Source: an uncultured Candidatus Entotheonella sp. (GTDB taxonomy: Bacteria; Tectomicrobia; Entotheonellia; Entotheonellales; Entotheonellaceae). From it: a stretch of 64,000 nt of DNA. Position numbers and translations under genes: made by a program. Below, in pieces: positions 12,486 to 21,878 of the stretch. The DNA lies in the NCBI GenBank assembly GCA_965215335.1, contig CBDCDA010000001.1, positions 1,920,001-1,984,000 on the forward strand, written 5' to 3'. Below the pieces are notes generated by a model. The model ran no database searches and was not told the DNA's origin. It saw nothing but the letters and a program-made list of their open reading frames with translations. The first letter of the stretch is position 1; every line of letters begins with the position of its first letter.

Positions 12486-13324
12486 GGCGTATCGCTCACG
12501 GCGCCAAGGGCGACGTGAATTTTCAGACCCTGTCGCAGGTCGGCGTATGTCGGCTGCGCAGCCTCGGCACCGGCGGTGGCCGGGGCAACCCCGGGCAGCA
12601 TGGCCGCGGTGCGCTCGCCGCTGATCTTGTCGAGCACGCCCCACCAGAACTGTTCGCGCGCCTTGAGGCTCAGCAGGGCGCCGCGGCGAATCTGCCGGCG
12701 TGCTTCCGGCGTATCGCAAAACGCCACCAGCGCCTCTTCCAGCCACGCCCCGTGATCCGCGTCCTGATCCAGGTGCAGCGCCCAGTACGTCACCTCGCCG
12801 GCAGCGAAGCCGGCCTTGCGCAGGCCGGTCATGACGTGCTCGAACATGGCGGGAATCGACCACTCATGGCCCGGCCCGACGGCGCCGAGGCCGACCAGGA
12901 AGGGTTCCTGCGTGCAGATACGGTAGTGCTCGCGGATGAAGCCGACCACCTCGGGATGCAGCGGATAGCTCGCCTCGCTGCCTGGCGCAATGCCGGCGGC
13001 GTGCATGAAGGCCCGGTAGGAGGCGGCATGATCGTCGCCGCGCGACCGCTCGCCGTATTCGTCCACCAGTACCTTGGCGAGCCAGCGCTTGGCTGCGCTG
13101 TCCGGTGCCCGCAGCAGCAGGAGTTCCATGTAGGTCGTGAAATTGACGACCAGGGGGTAGTGTTGCGAGGCCAGGATCCTGAAGTCGTGGCGGCTGCGCG
13201 GGTCCGTCAGCATGCGGCCGAGCAGCGAGTGCCCGACGCCGGGATGGCACTGGATTTCCTCGCGCAACGACCTGAGAAAGCCGCGCGCCGATCGGGTTTC
13301 CTGGTGTACCACTGTCGCTGCCAT
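12482..13324 (-). CDS. Heme-oxygenase-like diiron redox enzyme (PqqC/CADD/TenA-like superfamily)
   Basis: DEYG..DDH, GHEW and YWALHLDQDADH iron-ligand-like motifs; ATGA overlap with the ferrochelatase. Confidence 0.8.
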   Translation of the reverse strand: MAATVVHQETRSARGFLRSLREEIQCHPGVGHSLLGRMLTDPRSRHDFRILASQHYPLVVNFTTYMELLLLRAPDSAAKRWLAKVLVDEYGERSRGDDHAASYRAFMHAAGIAPGSEASYPLHPEVVGFIREHYRICTQEPFLVGLGAVGPGHEWSIPAMFEHVMTGLRKAGFAAGEVTYWALHLDQDADHGAWLEEALVAFCDTPEARRQIRRGALLSLKAREQFWWGVLDKISGERTAAMLPGVAPATAGAEAAQPTYADLRQGLKIHVALGAVSDTP

Positions 13325-13519
13325 GCCTGCCCCCGCCGCGAATGCCGTTTTGTATGAAAACACCGCCGGAGGGGGTTGGCAGTCCCGCTCGGCGGCGCGG
13401 CCTATTACGATAAAGGATTGCCCCCGTGGGGGCAACGCCAGAGCCTCCGTCAGCAACGCCGTTGACTTCGGGCGGGCAGGTTTCCGTCACCATGCAGATA
13501 TGGAATTTCCGACGCCGAC

Positions 13520-13786
13520 AGCACCCTCGATCTCGCCGACCTGCTGCTGGGCACCGATCTCACGCCCATGTTGTCGCGCATCACCACCCCCACCCTGATC
13601 CTGGCGCCGGACGCCAGCCCGTTCATCTCGCTGGAAATTTTCCTCGACATGCACCATCACATTCCACACAGTGAATTGCAGGTCTTCGCCGACGCCCGCC
13701 AAGGCCTGGTCTGCTCGCACGGCGCCGCCTGTGCCCAAACCCTCGAACAACTCCTCGCCCGGCGGCGCCTGCGGGCCGCTGGCTAG
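13520..13786 (+). pseudogene. C-terminal remnant of an alpha/beta hydrolase (5' boundary approximate)
   Basis: DLTPMLSRITTPTLILAP..IPHSELQVFADARQG resembles a hydrolase C-terminus; no N-terminal part; Gln at the expected catalytic His position. Confidence 0.6.
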
Positions 13787-13893
13787 CGCATTTACGTATC
13801 GCCTTGTGTCGTTTGCGCGGCGATGGCCTCCCCCTCGCCGGCTCGCCTGCGCCCTTGTTTCGCCGACTCTCCCGCAAGGGAGTGTGACGAACG
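13783..13893. repeat. REP/MITE-like palindromic dispersed repeat, copy A
   Basis: ctgcgcccttgtttcgccg (13847-13865) is the exact reverse complement of 27561-27579; the ctctcccgcaagggag hairpin and gtgacgaacg are also shared. Confidence 0.75.
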
Positions 13894-14019
13894 GCGACAG
13901 GGCGTTTGACAGCGTTGCGGTAGCCGTGGCACGGTGTGTCGTTTCTTCAAGGTATGGTGTCTGCCTCATGCGGCTTGAGGAGCGCGTTCCACATGCCTGA
14001 CCGAACAGAGAATACCCAA

Positions 14020-14339
14020 GGAATCCTGTCCTTCCCGGCGCCGTGTGGGAATTTCCGAAAAGACCATCCATCCCTGCCGATTTCCCGTCGAGTTGGTCGA
14101 GCGCCTGGGTCTCTCCATGACGAATGAAGACGACGCGGTGCTTGATTCCTGCACGGTGCGTCGGGTCGTCCGTCATCGCCGCGCTCATGCACGATCGGCG
14201 GGCATACGGTTGCGACATCGTGCCGGAATACGTGGACATCGCTCGCCAGCGCGTCAATCAACTGCGTACCGGACGGCTCCGCACGCGTCCCATGGGCAAG
14301 CCCATCGATGACCCCGGCAAGCCCAATGGGGGGCATTGA
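14020..14339 (+). pseudogene. Frameshifted remnant of an N4/N6 DNA methyltransferase (5' boundary approximate)
   Basis: Three frames give RNP..VWEF / KTIHPCRFPVELVERLGLSMTNEDDAVLD / VGSSVIAALMHDRRAYGCDIVPEYVDIARQR. Confidence 0.8.
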
Positions 14340-14392
14340 TGCAGATCAAGGCCCGTCATTCCCATCTCAACGGCGAGGAATACCTGCTCGTC
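14339..14392 (+). pseudogene. N-terminal stub of a BglII/BstYI-family restriction endonuclease
   Basis: TGATG overlap with the MTase stop; MQIKARHSHLNGEEYLLV resembles the YSHLNGxE N-terminus of BstYI-like enzymes (recalled), then the frame runs into unrelated sequence. Confidence 0.6.
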
Positions 14393-14459
14393 ATGGCACT
14401 TTTTTTCATGGTTGAACATACTCGCCAAAACAAGGACGTGACACTTTGAGGGGATCGTC

Positions 14460-14657
14460 ATGACCAGCAAGGAAACCCTGCGGTACCTGGTGACGGAAAT
14501 GGCCGGCGCGACGCTGTCGGAAGCGGAATGGGTGCAGGTGGAGGCGCAGGCGGCGGGATTGCAAGCCGGGCTCAAGGCACTGGCTGCACTCGACCTGAGT
14601 GCAGCCGAACCGGCGGTCGAGTTTGACCGTTCCGAGGAAGACGGTCATGGCGAATGA
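14460..14657 (+). CDS. Small GatC/AtzG-like amidase accessory protein
   Basis: 65 aa, RBS GAGGGG, LAALDLSAAEPAVEF motif, overlaps the amidase start. Confidence 0.65.
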   Translation: MTSKETLRYLVTEMAGATLSEAEWVQVEAQAAGLQAGLKALAALDLSAAEPAVEFDRSEEDGHGE

Positions 14658-16065
14658 GGATCTGACCAGCGGGACGATTGCGGACATGGCGGCGCGCCTG
14701 CGCCAGGGTGAGGTGTCGCCGGTGGAAGTGACGGCCGCGCATCTGGCGCGCATCGGGCGGCTGAACGGGACGCTGGGGGCGTATCTGACGGTCTTGCCGC
14801 AGCGCGCCATGGCCGCGGCGCGCCGGGCCGCGGCGGAGATGCGGGGCGGCCGGTACCGCGGGCCGCTGCACGGCGTGCCGGTGGCGGTGAAGGACCTGTA
14901 CGCCATCAAGGGCGAGCGCATGACCTGCGGCTCCGCCATCCTGGCGGAGCACGTCGCCGAGCAGCACGCAACCGTGAACCGGCGGCTGGAGGACGCCGGC
15001 GCCGTCCTGCTGGGCACGCTGAACATGCACGAATTCGCCTGGGGCGGCACCTCGATCAATCCACACTACGGCACGCCGCGCAACCCGTGGGACGGCGAGC
15101 GCATTCCGGGCGGCTCCAGCGGCGGCTCGGGGGTGGCCACCGGCGCCGGGCTGGCGATGGCGACGCTGGGTTCGGACACCGGCGGCTCGATCCGCATTCC
15201 GGCCTCGCTGAGCGGCATCGTGGGCCTGAAACCGACCTACGGACGGGTGAGCCGCCACGGCGTTTACCCATTGTGCTGGTCGCTGGATCACCCCGGCCCG
15301 CTGACCCGCAGCGTCGCCGACGCCGCGCTCATGCTGCAGGCCATCGCCGGACACGATCCCGACGATCCCACCACCAGCCACCTGCCCGTGCCGGATTACG
15401 TGCGGCAACTCACGGGGGACGTGCGCGGCCTGCGCGTCGGCGTGCCCCGCGCGCTGTTCTTCGATCAGATCGACCCGCAGGTGGCGGCGGCGGTCGAAGC
15501 CGCGGTTGCCGCATTGGACGGCCTCGGTGTCGCCTGTGTCGACGTGGACCTGCCGCTCATGCGGCACGTGCCGACCGCCTCGCTGACGCTGATGGTCGTG
15601 GAAGCCTATGCGGTGCACGAAACCCTGCTGCGTACCCACTCACAGGCATACGGCTCCGACGTCCGCGTCCGCCTGGCGCTCGGGGCCACGGTCACCGGGG
15701 CGCAGTACCTCAAGGCGCAGCGCTTCCGCTCCCTCCTGATCCAGGAGGTTGCGCAAGCCTTGCGCTCGGTTGACGTCCTCGTTACTCCCACGACCCTGAT
15801 GACCGCCGCCCGCGTCGATGAGCCGGTGGTGCGCATTGCCGGAGAGGAGGTTGTGGTCGCCGCCAACCTTGCGCGCTTCACCCGTGCGTTCAACATGACC
15901 GGTTCGCCGGCGCTGTCGCTGCCCTGCGGATTCGACGACCGGGGCCTGCCCATCGGCCTGCAGATCGTCGGGCGACCGTTCGACGAGAGCACCGTGCTGC
16001 GCCTGGCGCACGCCTATGAGCAACATACCCCGTGGCATCAGCGGGTGCCGGTCCTGCCGGACTGA
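14647..16065 (+). CDS. Amidase-signature family enzyme
   Basis: GPLHGVPVAVKD, PGGSSGGS, LGSDTGGSIRIPAS, GLKPTYGRVS. Confidence 0.93.
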   Translation: MANEDLTSGTIADMAARLRQGEVSPVEVTAAHLARIGRLNGTLGAYLTVLPQRAMAAARRAAAEMRGGRYRGPLHGVPVAVKDLYAIKGERMTCGSAILAEHVAEQHATVNRRLEDAGAVLLGTLNMHEFAWGGTSINPHYGTPRNPWDGERIPGGSSGGSGVATGAGLAMATLGSDTGGSIRIPASLSGIVGLKPTYGRVSRHGVYPLCWSLDHPGPLTRSVADAALMLQAIAGHDPDDPTTSHLPVPDYVRQLTGDVRGLRVGVPRALFFDQIDPQVAAAVEAAVAALDGLGVACVDVDLPLMRHVPTASLTLMVVEAYAVHETLLRTHSQAYGSDVRVRLALGATVTGAQYLKAQRFRSLLIQEVAQALRSVDVLVTPTTLMTAARVDEPVVRIAGEEVVVAANLARFTRAFNMTGSPALSLPCGFDDRGLPIGLQIVGRPFDESTVLRLAHAYEQHTPWHQRVPVLPD

Positions 16066-16194
16066 CCAGGGAGGAAGGCGTCATGAAAGCGGGACCACCG
16101 GAGGTGCTGATCTGCTCGCCAGGGCCGTTGGGGGGCGCCGAGGCGGTCATCCGCCGCTATGACCTGCGAGATCAGGTTTGGAGATGCGCCGCCC

Positions 16195-17043
16195 TCAGGA
16201 TTCGTCTGCCTGGAGAAAGCGGTGTAGCTCGGACGCATCCATGGCGTAACTGTGCGCCTCGCCCGGAAACGCTCCCGCTTCCACCTCGCGCCTGAACGCC
16301 TGCAAGGCTTGCAGCATCGGCTCGCGCATCTGGGCGAATTGCTTGACGAATTTGGGCACGAAGCCATCGAAAAGCCCCAGGAGGTCGTGGAACACCAGCA
16401 CCTGCCCGGCGCAGCCGGCGCCAGCACCGATGCCGATCGTGGGGATGGTGAGTTTCTCGGTCACTGCCCGCGCCACCGCGGCCGGAACGGCTTCCAGCAC
16501 GACGGCGAAGCAGCCCGCGTCCTGAAGGACGCGGGCGTCGTCGCGCAGCTTCAGCGCCGCCTCGGCGCTGGTGGCCTGCACCTTGTAGCCGCCCAACTTG
16601 GTGGCCGTCTGCGGCGTCAGACCCACGTGCCCCATCACCGGCACCCCGGCCGAGACGATGGCCCGCACGGTTTCCGCCACCTCGTCGCCGCCCTCCAGCT
16701 TCACCGCGTCCATGTGCGCCTCCTTCATGTAACGCCCGGCGTTGCGGACCGCCTCGCGCCGGCTGACCTGGTAGGACATGAACGGCATGTCGCCCACCAG
16801 CAACGCCCGGGAAGCCCCGCGCGCCACGGCCTTGCAGTGGTGCAGCATGTCGTCCACCGTCACCGACACCGTGTCGCGGTGTCCGAGCACGGTCATGGCC
16901 AGCGTGTCGCCCACCAGAATGGCATCCACACCGGCCTCGTCGACCAGCCTGGCCGCCGGGTAATCGTAGGCGGTGAGCATGGTAATCGGCTGACCCTGAT
17001 TCCTTTTGCGCTGGAGGTCGTGGAGGGAAACTTTTCGCGGCAT
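16195..17043 (-). CDS. panB: 3-methyl-2-oxobutanoate hydroxymethyltransferase
   Basis: MLTAYDY, ILVGD, GDMPFMSY, VKLEGG, GHVGLTPQ. Confidence 0.97.
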   Translation of the reverse strand: MPRKVSLHDLQRKRNQGQPITMLTAYDYPAARLVDEAGVDAILVGDTLAMTVLGHRDTVSVTVDDMLHHCKAVARGASRALLVGDMPFMSYQVSRREAVRNAGRYMKEAHMDAVKLEGGDEVAETVRAIVSAGVPVMGHVGLTPQTATKLGGYKVQATSAEAALKLRDDARVLQDAGCFAVVLEAVPAAVARAVTEKLTIPTIGIGAGAGCAGQVLVFHDLLGLFDGFVPKFVKQFAQMREPMLQALQAFRREVEAGAFPGEAHSYAMDASELHRFLQADES

Positions 17044-17302
17044 GGGATGGGCACCTTGCTGGCGGCAATTCGGTCAGTGGCTTACGGCCATTGTTTCGGC
17101 GCAACCGTACCCCATCCGCTGCGGCGTGTCCAGACAGCGAGTCCGCCGCCGCAAGCCGAGTCGTCTTGACATCGTCATACCGATGGCTTAATAGGTGGGC
17201 TTCACGACGTATCCGAACAGCGGCCGACGCACCGCAACGTAACCCACAGGCAGCTACCGCGGCTGGCACCGGGGAGACCCAACGCCGGCGAGCCAGGAGG
17301 AC

Positions 17303-18916
17303 ATGACGATGAGGGGCATGCCCGAGACGCATGTACCAGGGACCGGGTTGAGTCGGCGGGAATTCGTGGCCGGCGCCGTGGTTGGAATGTCGGCCCTGGG
17401 CCTGCCCGCCGCCGGTGTCGAAGCAGCCGCGCCGCGACACGGGGGTTCGATCAAGGTCGGCTTGCGGAGCGACGTCAGCCGCCTCGACCCGCATCCCCTC
17501 TTTCCCCCTTATCCCACCTCCAACGCCGTGGCGCTGCTCTACAACGGCCTCACCGAGGTGGACGCCGACGCCAACATCGTTCCCGCCCTGGCGCACGCCT
17601 GGGAGACCTCCAAGGACGGCCTGGCGTGGACCTGGCACATCCGCAAGGACGTGACCTTTCACAACGGCCGCCCGCTGACCGGCGCCGACGTCAAGGCCAA
17701 CGTCGAGCGGGTGCTCAACCCCAGAACCGGGGCGATCATTCGCGGTGAGCTGTCCATCGTCGACCGCATGGACATGCTCGACGACTACACCCTGCGCATG
17801 ACTCTGAAATACAAGTACTACCCCCTCCCCTCCGTCCTGTCCAACCGCTGGCTGCCCATTCTCGATCCGCAAACCTTCGACACCGCCAAGAAACACCCCG
17901 TCGCCACCGGACCGTTCAAGTTCGTCTCCTGGAAACGCCTGCACACCACCGAGATGGTCCGGCACGAGGGATACTGGGAAAAGGACGCCGACGGCAACGC
18001 CCTGCCGTATCTCGACGAGGTCACCGGCAAGCCGCTGGCCGACGACACCGTGCGTCTCACCGCCCTGCGCACCGGCGAGGTTGACCTGATCGACGCCGTC
18101 AGCTACCGTGACCAGTCCCGCTTCATGCAGGAATGGACCGGTCAGTTCGACACCTATCTGATGAAGGCTGTCGGTACGATCTGGTACTGTTTCAATACCC
18201 GGAATCCACCCTTCGATGACGTGCGGGTGCGCCGCGCCGCCGCCCTGGCGCTGGACAAGCGCGCAATCCTGGACAAGACCCTGTTCGGGCACGGCGAAAT
18301 CATGAGCCAGTACTACCCGCAAGCCTCGCCATGGCGTTTGCCGGTCGCGACGTCGCGGGAGCGCGACGTCGCCGAGGCCAGTCGGCTGCTCGAAGAGGCG
18401 GGCGTCAAGCCGGGCACGCATCTCACCCTGGTCACGTACGCGCGCTACAACTACGTCAAGGAATCCAGCCAGATTTTCCAGCAGAATCTGCGCGACGTCG
18501 GCTTCTCCGTAGACCTGAAAATCCTTGATGCCGGCCCCCTGCGCGCCGCCCTGTCGAGCCGCAGATTCCACATTTCCGGCCTGGGCACCGAACACCGCAT
18601 GGACCCGCACGAGTATTATTTCAGGGAACTGAGCTCCAGGAGCCCGGTGCAGAAACGGTACTACAGCGGGTGGGTGAATCCGGCCTATGACAAGCTGATC
18701 CACGATGCCCGGCGCACCGCGGACCGTGAGGCGCGCATACGTCTGTACGCCGAGGCCGAAAAGCTCATCCAGGCGGACGTGCCCACGGTGCGCGTGCTTA
18801 GCGCCCACACCCTCTCTGCCTGGCAGAACGGGGTGCAGGGCTACCGTCCGAATATCGCCGGCAACATGACTTACAACCACGGAGGGCTGCGAACCGCCTG
18901 GCTCAAAAGCGGCTAA
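17303..18916 (+). CDS. ABC substrate-binding protein family 5 (Opp/Dpp-like), Tat-exported
   Basis: SRREFV Tat motif; LDPH, PALAHAWE, DVTFHNG, GPFKFVSW, NPPFDDVRVRRA. Confidence 0.92.
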   Translation: MTMRGMPETHVPGTGLSRREFVAGAVVGMSALGLPAAGVEAAAPRHGGSIKVGLRSDVSRLDPHPLFPPYPTSNAVALLYNGLTEVDADANIVPALAHAWETSKDGLAWTWHIRKDVTFHNGRPLTGADVKANVERVLNPRTGAIIRGELSIVDRMDMLDDYTLRMTLKYKYYPLPSVLSNRWLPILDPQTFDTAKKHPVATGPFKFVSWKRLHTTEMVRHEGYWEKDADGNALPYLDEVTGKPLADDTVRLTALRTGEVDLIDAVSYRDQSRFMQEWTGQFDTYLMKAVGTIWYCFNTRNPPFDDVRVRRAAALALDKRAILDKTLFGHGEIMSQYYPQASPWRLPVATSRERDVAEASRLLEEAGVKPGTHLTLVTYARYNYVKESSQIFQQNLRDVGFSVDLKILDAGPLRAALSSRRFHISGLGTEHRMDPHEYYFRELSSRSPVQKRYYSGWVNPAYDKLIHDARRTADREARIRLYAEAEKLIQADVPTVRVLSAHTLSAWQNGVQGYRPNIAGNMTYNHGGLRTAWLKSG

Positions 18917-19011
18917 GGACGCCCTCGGCCCGTGCTTTCCGGTAACCATGCAGATGGGATCAGCGCCGCCGGCCACCCTGCATCCGAACGTGAGCGTAGA
19001 GGAGAATCACG

Positions 19012-20631
19012 ATGAAGGACCTGTCCACGTCGCATGTCCCAGGAACCGAATTGAGGCGGCGGGAATTCGTGGCCGGCGCCGGTGGCGCCGTGGTTGGAAT
19101 GTCGGCCCTGGGCCTGCCGGCCGGCAGCGCCGAAGCGGTCACGCCGAACTATGGGGGCTCGATCAAGATCGGCTTGCGGAGCGACGTCAGCCGCCTCGAC
19201 CCGCATCCCCTCTTTCCCCCTTACCCCACCTCCAACGCCATGGCGCTACTGTACAACGGCCTCACCGAGGCGGACGCCGACACCAACATCGTCCCCGCCC
19301 TGGCGCACGCCTGGGAGACCTCCAGGGACGGCCTGACGTGGACCTGGCACATCCGCAAGGACGTGACCTTTCACAATGGCCGCACGCTGACCGGCGCCGA
19401 CGTCAAGGCCAATATCGAGCGGGTGCTCGACCCCAAGGTCGGCTCCGTCATTCGCGGCGAGCTGGAAATCATCGACCGCATGGACATGCTCGACGACTAC
19501 ACCCTGCGCACGACCCTGAAGGACAAGTACTACCCCCTCCCGGCCATGCTGACCAACCGCTGGCTGCCGATTCTCGACCCGCAAACCTTCGAGACCGCCA
19601 AGAATCACCCCATCGCCACCGGGCCGTTCAAGTACGTCTCCTGGAAGCGCCTGCACACCACCGTCATGACCCGGCACGAGGGATACTGGGAACGGGACGC
19701 CGACGGCAACGCCCTGCCGTACCTGGACGAGATCATCGGCAAGCCGCTGGCCGACGACACCGTGCGCCTCACCGCCCTGCGCACCGGCGACGTGGACATG
19801 ATCGATGCCGTCAGCTACCGCGACCAGTCCCGCTTCATGCAGGAATGGACCGACCAATTCGACACCTATCTGATCAGGGCCCTCGGCACCATCTGGTACT
19901 ACTTCAACGCCGAAAAGCCGCCCTTCGATGACGTGCGGGTACGCCGCGCCGCCGCCCTGGCGCTGGACAAGCGCGCCATCCTGAACAAGACCCTCTTCGG
20001 GCACGGCGAAATCATGCACCAGTACTACCCGCAAGCCTCGCCGTGGCGCCTGTCGGGCACCGCGCCGTGGGAGCACGACGTCGACAAGGCCAGGCAGTTG
20101 CTCAAGGAGGCGGGCGTCAAGCCGGGCACCAAGCTCACCCTGGTCACCTTCGCACGCTACAACTACATCAAGGAGGGCGCCCAGATTTTCCAGCAGAACC
20201 TGCGTCGGCTCGGCTTGTTCGTGGACCTGAAAATCCTCGACGCCGGCCCCCTGCGCGTCGCCCTGAAGAGCCGCGAGTTCGACATCTTCGGCCTGGGCAG
20301 CGAGCACCGCATGGACCCGCACGAGTATTACTTCAAGGAGCTGAGCTCCAAGAGCCCGGTGCACAGCCAGTTCTACAGCGGCTGGGTGAACCCGGATTAC
20401 GACGCGTTGATCGATGAAGCCCGGCGCACCGCGGACCGTGAGACCCGCAAGCGGATCTACGCCGAGGCCGAAAAGCTCATCCAGATGGAGGTCCCCAAGG
20501 TCCGTTCGATCAGCGCGCACAACCTGTCCGCCTGGCAAGACGGACTGCAGGGCTACCGTCCGAACGTCGCCGGCAACATCACATACAACCACGGCGGCTT
20601 CCGCACTGCCTGGCTGAGAAACAGTGGCTAG
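19012..20631 (+). CDS. ABC substrate-binding protein family 5, tandem paralog
   Basis: RRREFV Tat motif; long stretches identical to the upstream gene. Confidence 0.92.
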   Translation: MKDLSTSHVPGTELRRREFVAGAGGAVVGMSALGLPAGSAEAVTPNYGGSIKIGLRSDVSRLDPHPLFPPYPTSNAMALLYNGLTEADADTNIVPALAHAWETSRDGLTWTWHIRKDVTFHNGRTLTGADVKANIERVLDPKVGSVIRGELEIIDRMDMLDDYTLRTTLKDKYYPLPAMLTNRWLPILDPQTFETAKNHPIATGPFKYVSWKRLHTTVMTRHEGYWERDADGNALPYLDEIIGKPLADDTVRLTALRTGDVDMIDAVSYRDQSRFMQEWTDQFDTYLIRALGTIWYYFNAEKPPFDDVRVRRAAALALDKRAILNKTLFGHGEIMHQYYPQASPWRLSGTAPWEHDVDKARQLLKEAGVKPGTKLTLVTFARYNYIKEGAQIFQQNLRRLGLFVDLKILDAGPLRVALKSREFDIFGLGSEHRMDPHEYYFKELSSKSPVHSQFYSGWVNPDYDALIDEARRTADRETRKRIYAEAEKLIQMEVPKVRSISAHNLSAWQDGLQGYRPNVAGNITYNHGGFRTAWLRNSG

Positions 20632-20693
20632 GGGCGAGTGGCTGCATGAATCAGTGGGTCACTAACCCCTAAGCACCGAGGAGATGCCGGTCC

Positions 20694-21878
20694 ATGCCGA
20701 TCCGCATCTTCCGGCTGCCCGAAGTCCTTGCCCAGCGTTTGCGGCGCCGGGAGGCGCGAGAACAGCTCATCGGCTACCTGTTCACGACCCCCGCGGTGGC
20801 GGTCATCGCCCTGTTCGGCCTGTTCCCGCTGGGCTACGCCTTCTACATGAGTTTTTACGCCTGGCGGGTGCGGCAGGGGCCATTCCGGGGTCTGCGCAAC
20901 TACGGCAAGGCGCTGGGCGAGCCGGAGGGCGTCCTTATCTTGGCCGGCGCCATCGCCCTGCTGGTGCCGGCCGTGTGGATATGGAAGCGAACTCGCCGGA
21001 TGGCCGCCGGGCGTCGATTGCCCGGTCTGCTGACCGCCGCAGCGTTGTTGTTGGCGGCCGGCGCGGCGGCGGTCACGGGCTGGGGCCGCATGCTGGAAAC
21101 GGGCGACGCGAAGTTCCTCAACGCCCTGCCCGTCACCGTCTACTACGCCCTCGGCAGCATTCCCCTGCAGCTCGCCATCGCCCTGGCGCTGGCCTGCGTG
21201 CTGTTCCAGAACCTGCGCGGCGGCGCCTTTTTCCGCATGGTCTTTTTCCTGCCGTACGTCATGCCGACGGTCGCCACCGCCACCGTCTTCCGCAGCATTT
21301 TCAGTCCACGCGACACGTCGGTGGCCAACCAGTTCCTGGCCCTGTTCGGTCTCGAACCCCAGCAGTGGCTGGCCGAATCCCGGCCGGTTCTCGAAATCGT
21401 CTTCGGCTGGCAGCTAGGGGAGGCGGGACAAGGCTTGCCAGCCATGGGCGGCCCCAGCCTGGCCCTGGTGTCCATCATCCTCTTCGGCGTCTGGACCTTC
21501 GTGGGCTACAACGTCGTCATCTTCCTCGCCGGCCTCGGCTCCATTTCGGGCGAATTGTACGAAGCCGCCGAGCTCGACGGCGCCAACCGCTGGGACGTGT
21601 TCCGCCACATCACCTTCCCGCTGCTGTCGCCGGTCACCTTCTACCTGGCGCTCATCGACTTCATCGGTGCCCTCAAGGCGTTCAATCACATTTTCGTGAT
21701 GCGCTCGCCGCTGGCGCAGGGCACGGTCAACACCGCCAGCATGGTCATTTTCGACACGTTCTACCTGGCCAACCAGTACGGCTACGCGGCGGCGCAGGTC
21801 GTCCTGCTGTTCCTGATGATCCTGGGCGTGACGTACGCGCAGAACCGCGTCTTCGGAAGGAGCGTGATCTATGATTGA
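20694..21878 (+). CDS. Carbohydrate ABC transporter permease
   Basis: ELYEAAELDGANRW EAA loop; FFRMVFFLPYV. Confidence 0.92.
   Translation: MPIRIFRLPEVLAQRLRRREAREQLIGYLFTTPAVAVIALFGLFPLGYAFYMSFYAWRVRQGPFRGLRNYGKALGEPEGVLILAGAIALLVPAVWIWKRTRRMAAGRRLPGLLTAAALLLAAGAAAVTGWGRMLETGDAKFLNALPVTVYYALGSIPLQLAIALALACVLFQNLRGGAFFRMVFFLPYVMPTVATATVFRSIFSPRDTSVANQFLALFGLEPQQWLAESRPVLEIVFGWQLGEAGQGLPAMGGPSLALVSIILFGVWTFVGYNVVIFLAGLGSISGELYEAAELDGANRWDVFRHITFPLLSPVTFYLALIDFIGALKAFNHIFVMRSPLAQGTVNTASMVIFDTFYLANQYGYAAAQVVLLFLMILGVTYAQNRVFGRSVIYD

Noticed and set aside
14647..16065. Calling the amidase gatA
   Set aside because: No gatB nearby and it resembles catabolic amidases
16172..18976. 934-aa and other long antisense or alternative-frame ORFs (e.g. 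1407-3278, 34316-36298, 44379-46259)
   Set aside because: Shadow ORFs of high-GC genes; they overlap well-supported CDSs and have no motifs
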